In this document: positions 60,577-64,000 of the stretch, one piece after another
How positions within the stretch are numbered: the stretch's first letter is position 1
Layout: every line of letters starts with the position of its first letter
NCBI GenBank assembly: GCA_950097015.1
Contig: CATNEN010000039.1
Location: 5,642,001 to 5,706,000 of the forward strand
Source of the DNA: Macrostomum hystrix
Lineage: Eukaryota > Animalia > Platyhelminthes
Length of the DNA stretch: 64,000 nt
Direction of reading: 5' to 3'
Translations under genes and position numbers: made by a program
Notes under the pieces: generated by a model
Told to the model about the DNA's origin: nothing
Database searches by the model: none
What the model saw: only the letters and a program-made list of their open reading frames with translations

Positions 60577-61102
60577 CAGAGTCACTTCAGATTGAATCGA
60601 TTGTTTCTACTGACATTGTCGTACATCTTTAGATGCGTTTTCTGATTCTCGAAGACGCTTGTATTTTTTATAGTGATGAGTGACCATTCAAATCAAATAT
60701 ATGAACAACATAATCTCCTTTAGGAGTGCCAAATGAGACTGTCACGAGTTTAATATATTTTATTGCTATTACCTAAACCTAATGAAGCTGTACAACGGTT
60801 TCTACGTACAGTTCGCTTTGAGTAAAGTGGTTCTGGATAATATTGTACTCGTACTGAAATATTCGCATTTTCAAACAGGTTTTTTGGTCTAAAGCTTTTG
60901 TTATGATTATTTCGGAAAATTAAAAAGAAAGAGAGTAAAAACGCCTTGAATGTGATGCAACTGAGTATGAATCTTGGAATATAAGTCGACAGATCGAATG
61001 GCCAAAGTGGCTTAGGTACCATTTGTGCATGCATTCAATTTAGTTGTTGCTGACCGCTATGAGTTAATTAGCATTAAACGGTCATCAAACAGGCAACGCC
61101 AA

Positions 61103-62131
61103 TCAGTTCAACTCAAACATCAGAATTCGATGATTTCGTCCATCGGACACGAGCAGCCGCTCCCGTGGCCCGTTCAGCAGTCGGGCCAGGCCGCACGGGC
61201 TCCACAAGCGGCCCAAGTCTTCAACGTCTGGCTCACCGCGAACCCCTGGCTCTCCCAGAGTCCACAGCAGCGAGCCGTCCGCAATGGACACCGCTCTCAC
61301 ACTGTGGCCAGCGAATTCTGTGACAAACAGGCGTCCCTGGCTGTCAACTAGGACATCATGTGGCCATTCAAAGTTTGTGAGGCCGGTACGGCGATTTGGG
61401 TGGTTGGCAACCAATTGACCAGTGATGGCGTTCACAACGAGCACGTTTCCCTGCTCTCGCTCGGCTACGAACAGGCAGCCGTCGTGGATGGCTATGCTGC
61501 CGAGATCGGCGTCAGGCACTTTTGTGAGTTCGATGACCGATTCCGACTGGTCAGCCACTTTGTTGAACACCGTAATCCTGTTGCCGCAAGTCACGTACAC
61601 GTTTTCGGCGTTGCCGCAGATTCCTTTGATGAAGCCGAAGTTTTTAGTACAGATCTGAGTTACCAACCGGCCACTCAAATCGGTCACCATCACCGCCACA
61701 GACTGGGCTATGAACAGCAGCTGCCGATCGTCGCAGTGTATACCCCAGACAGCAGAGTTCCAGTCGATGTCACAGTGGCACCGCATTCTTGTAGTAAAAT
61801 CCACTGATATCACTGTCAGGTGGTAAACCAGGTGCACCCGGGCGAATATGCAGGGCTGGGGCATGGCAACGCAGTCTGTACTTGCCGCTTCGGCGGACAC
61901 CACCTTACCTAACGTGTCTTGGAAGAATCCACTGGTATTGTGACACACGGCGATACATTCGATGACGTCATCGGCCAGCTTAACTTCACCAGTTTTAACG
62001 AAAGAAGCCATACATGTATATGTAGAAGCTTGGGTAGTTCTTTCAGATAAAAAAGACTGAAAGGAATGAAGAGCAGATCGAATGTCAAGGTGCGGTACGC
62101 TCGATTGGTAGGCTCGAATTTTACGGCTCAT
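61103..62131 (-). CDS. NHL-repeat (beta-propeller) protein, 342-aa uninterrupted ORF
   Basis: FEWPHDVLVDSQGRLFVTEFAGHSV and LWSPCGL...LLVSDGRNHRILMF NHL repeats. True start uncertain. Confidence 0.75.
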   Translation of the reverse strand: MSRKIRAYQSSVPHLDIRSALHSFQSFLSERTTQASTYTCMASFVKTGEVKLADDVIECIAVCHNTSGFFQDTLGKVVSAEAASTDCVAMPQPCIFARVHLVYHLTVISVDFTTRMRCHCDIDWNSAVWGIHCDDRQLLFIAQSVAVMVTDLSGRLVTQICTKNFGFIKGICGNAENVYVTCGNRITVFNKVADQSESVIELTKVPDADLGSIAIHDGCLFVAEREQGNVLVVNAITGQLVANHPNRRTGLTNFEWPHDVLVDSQGRLFVTEFAGHSVRAVSIADGSLLWTLGEPGVRGEPDVEDLGRLWSPCGLARLLNGPRERLLVSDGRNHRILMFELN

Positions 62132-64000
62132 ATTAGATCAATTTCCTGGATATGCTCTACTGTAAACCAAAACGCAATTCATTTCTGTAAAAAGTCTTTT
62201 TGGAAAAAACTGATTCGCCGATTTTAAAGACTGTAAATTTTAAACGAGGCACAATAATATCTTTCCAATAATATCCAGTAATATCTAAAAAATGAGTAGG
62301 AATTTGGCTATCTGATAAAAGTGAATAAAGTCAAAGTCTTACATGTCAACTATAAAAATGACAGAAACTGTGGAACAGAACGTTTTAAATCAAGAAATCC
62401 TTGGCAAATCTACTTAAAATTTGATCACAACAAGCTAACAGAATGAAAAGTTTGAAAAGTTTATCCAGCAGTGTCTTAAGAACCTCAAGTCACGTCCAAA
62501 ATAGTGAACATTTAAAATCGAGAATTTTTTATCGTCCTGTTATGTGTACAGTTATAAATAAAACATATGATAAACATTTGTTTTATAATATTTTTTGTCG
62601 AAAAGGAACACCAAAATAAAAACTAGTAAAGTCAAGCATTATCTAGAAAATACATTTTAAATTTGTTGTTTCGCTTGTTACGTAATTACTAACTAATAAT
62701 GTACTCTGAAGCCTTAGACTAAAACACAAATAAACAACTAAATTTAATTTCATCATTTGTTGTCAATTTTACATTCAGCCAAGCTAGAAAAAAAAATTGA
62801 TAAAGCTCTTTTTGTAAAAAAACTAGGCTTTTAAGCATTGACTTTTTACAATTTCGGTCTAGCTAATATCCAAAAATGTCTTCTCCATAAAAAATGCATG
62901 GCGCTCTATTTCCTAAACAAAAGTTTATAAGCAGATTGTAGCATTTAAACAACAGCGATTTAGCTTGTTTGAGATCAGACCAAAATGTTTTGTTAAAAAC
63001 AATCTTACTTCGCTTTCTGAGAAACTTTAATTTTTAGAACTTACAACTAGCACTGTATAGCTGCAGCCAGACTGCGTATGGTGCGCGCTGTCGCTAAAAA
63101 GAAACGGAATAATTCGCATTATTATTATTATTTTCTTAATTTAAATGAAACGTATGTTTTTGGTGATATATTTAGAATAGGCCTAATTTAAATAGACTCT
63201 TGTGTCCAATCACACATCCCTAGTTTCCGACTTTCAGTCGAAGGTTCTCGTTAGTTTCTGAACCTCGTTTTTTATTATACTGTGACTCCTTTTAATGCGT
63301 TTCTTTGACTGTAAATGTCAAGATGGCATGGACCAAAACAGCCACAAGGCAAATGGGTCTGACCATAATTACATAATGACCACGCACAAATAGGCCTAGT
63401 CTACAAGGCTATAGCATAGCTACTATTTTTTAGATAGAAAACTGCTCTAAGTGGTTGCTGGCGTACTTTTCTGACACTTGGCAATTTACTTGCCTAAAAT
63501 AAATTGGCTAGCTACATTACTCATTAGATGAATGATTTAAGAAATATTTTTACTAAATAAAGTACCACACAAAAGTTTATTACATATCAGTTTCATGAAG
63601 TTATCTATTTTTAGGCCATTTAGCTTTTGCAGGCTTTGCAGCTAAAAACAGTGAGTACATGTATGTCAAAGTCAAGATCATTTTGGGTGCATACCAGAAA
63701 GTAAATGGGAAAAATTGTTTTTTTCATGATTTCATGACAAGGTTCAACCATTTTTATTTGTACCCAAGTGCATGCCAATATGGCCATTAGGACATTAAGA
63801 CAAAACTTTTAATTGTAGATTGTAAAATATGTAACTTTTTTCAATTAAAAAGAACAACATTTTGTGTACTTGTATTTAACTTATACCAATCAATCACATA
63901 AGAATTCATTAATTTCATAAAATTGTTAGGCCTATCCAATATCATATATGTGCAACACCTGGCCGACCCGGCCAAACCGGCCGGGTGAAACAAGTGCCAA

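Noticed and set aside
63966-63986. GC hairpin ACCCGGCC/GGCCGGGT at window end
   Set aside because: Could be a transposon end, but its context is cut off by the window boundary.

Overview
Eukaryotic (animal) genomic DNA with short GT-AG introns, many of them packed with minisatellites. The style suggests a free-living flatworm such as Macrostomum; that is an inference. Contents in order: a KLHL10-like BTB-BACK-Kelch gene (-); an inverted-repeat element holding a LINE fragment; a complete usherin (USH2A-like) gene (+, 7432-33244) whose last intron carries an intact, young Ty3/Gypsy retrotransposon; a five-exon ferritin with a signal peptide (-); a decayed LINE; a C16orf89/UPF0764 homolog (+); and an NHL-repeat ORF (-). 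The most notable item is a 15-exon minus-strand model (51101-41799) that I spliced by hand into one frame of about 1206 aa: signal peptide, WSC, WSC, C-type lectin, two F-type-lectin-like domains, CUB, then a full insulin-like prohormone (B-C-A chains). This would be a lectin-array-tethered insulin, an architecture I do not recognise from described proteins. All exon models are hand-derived from splice consensus and phase, and none is transcript-verified.
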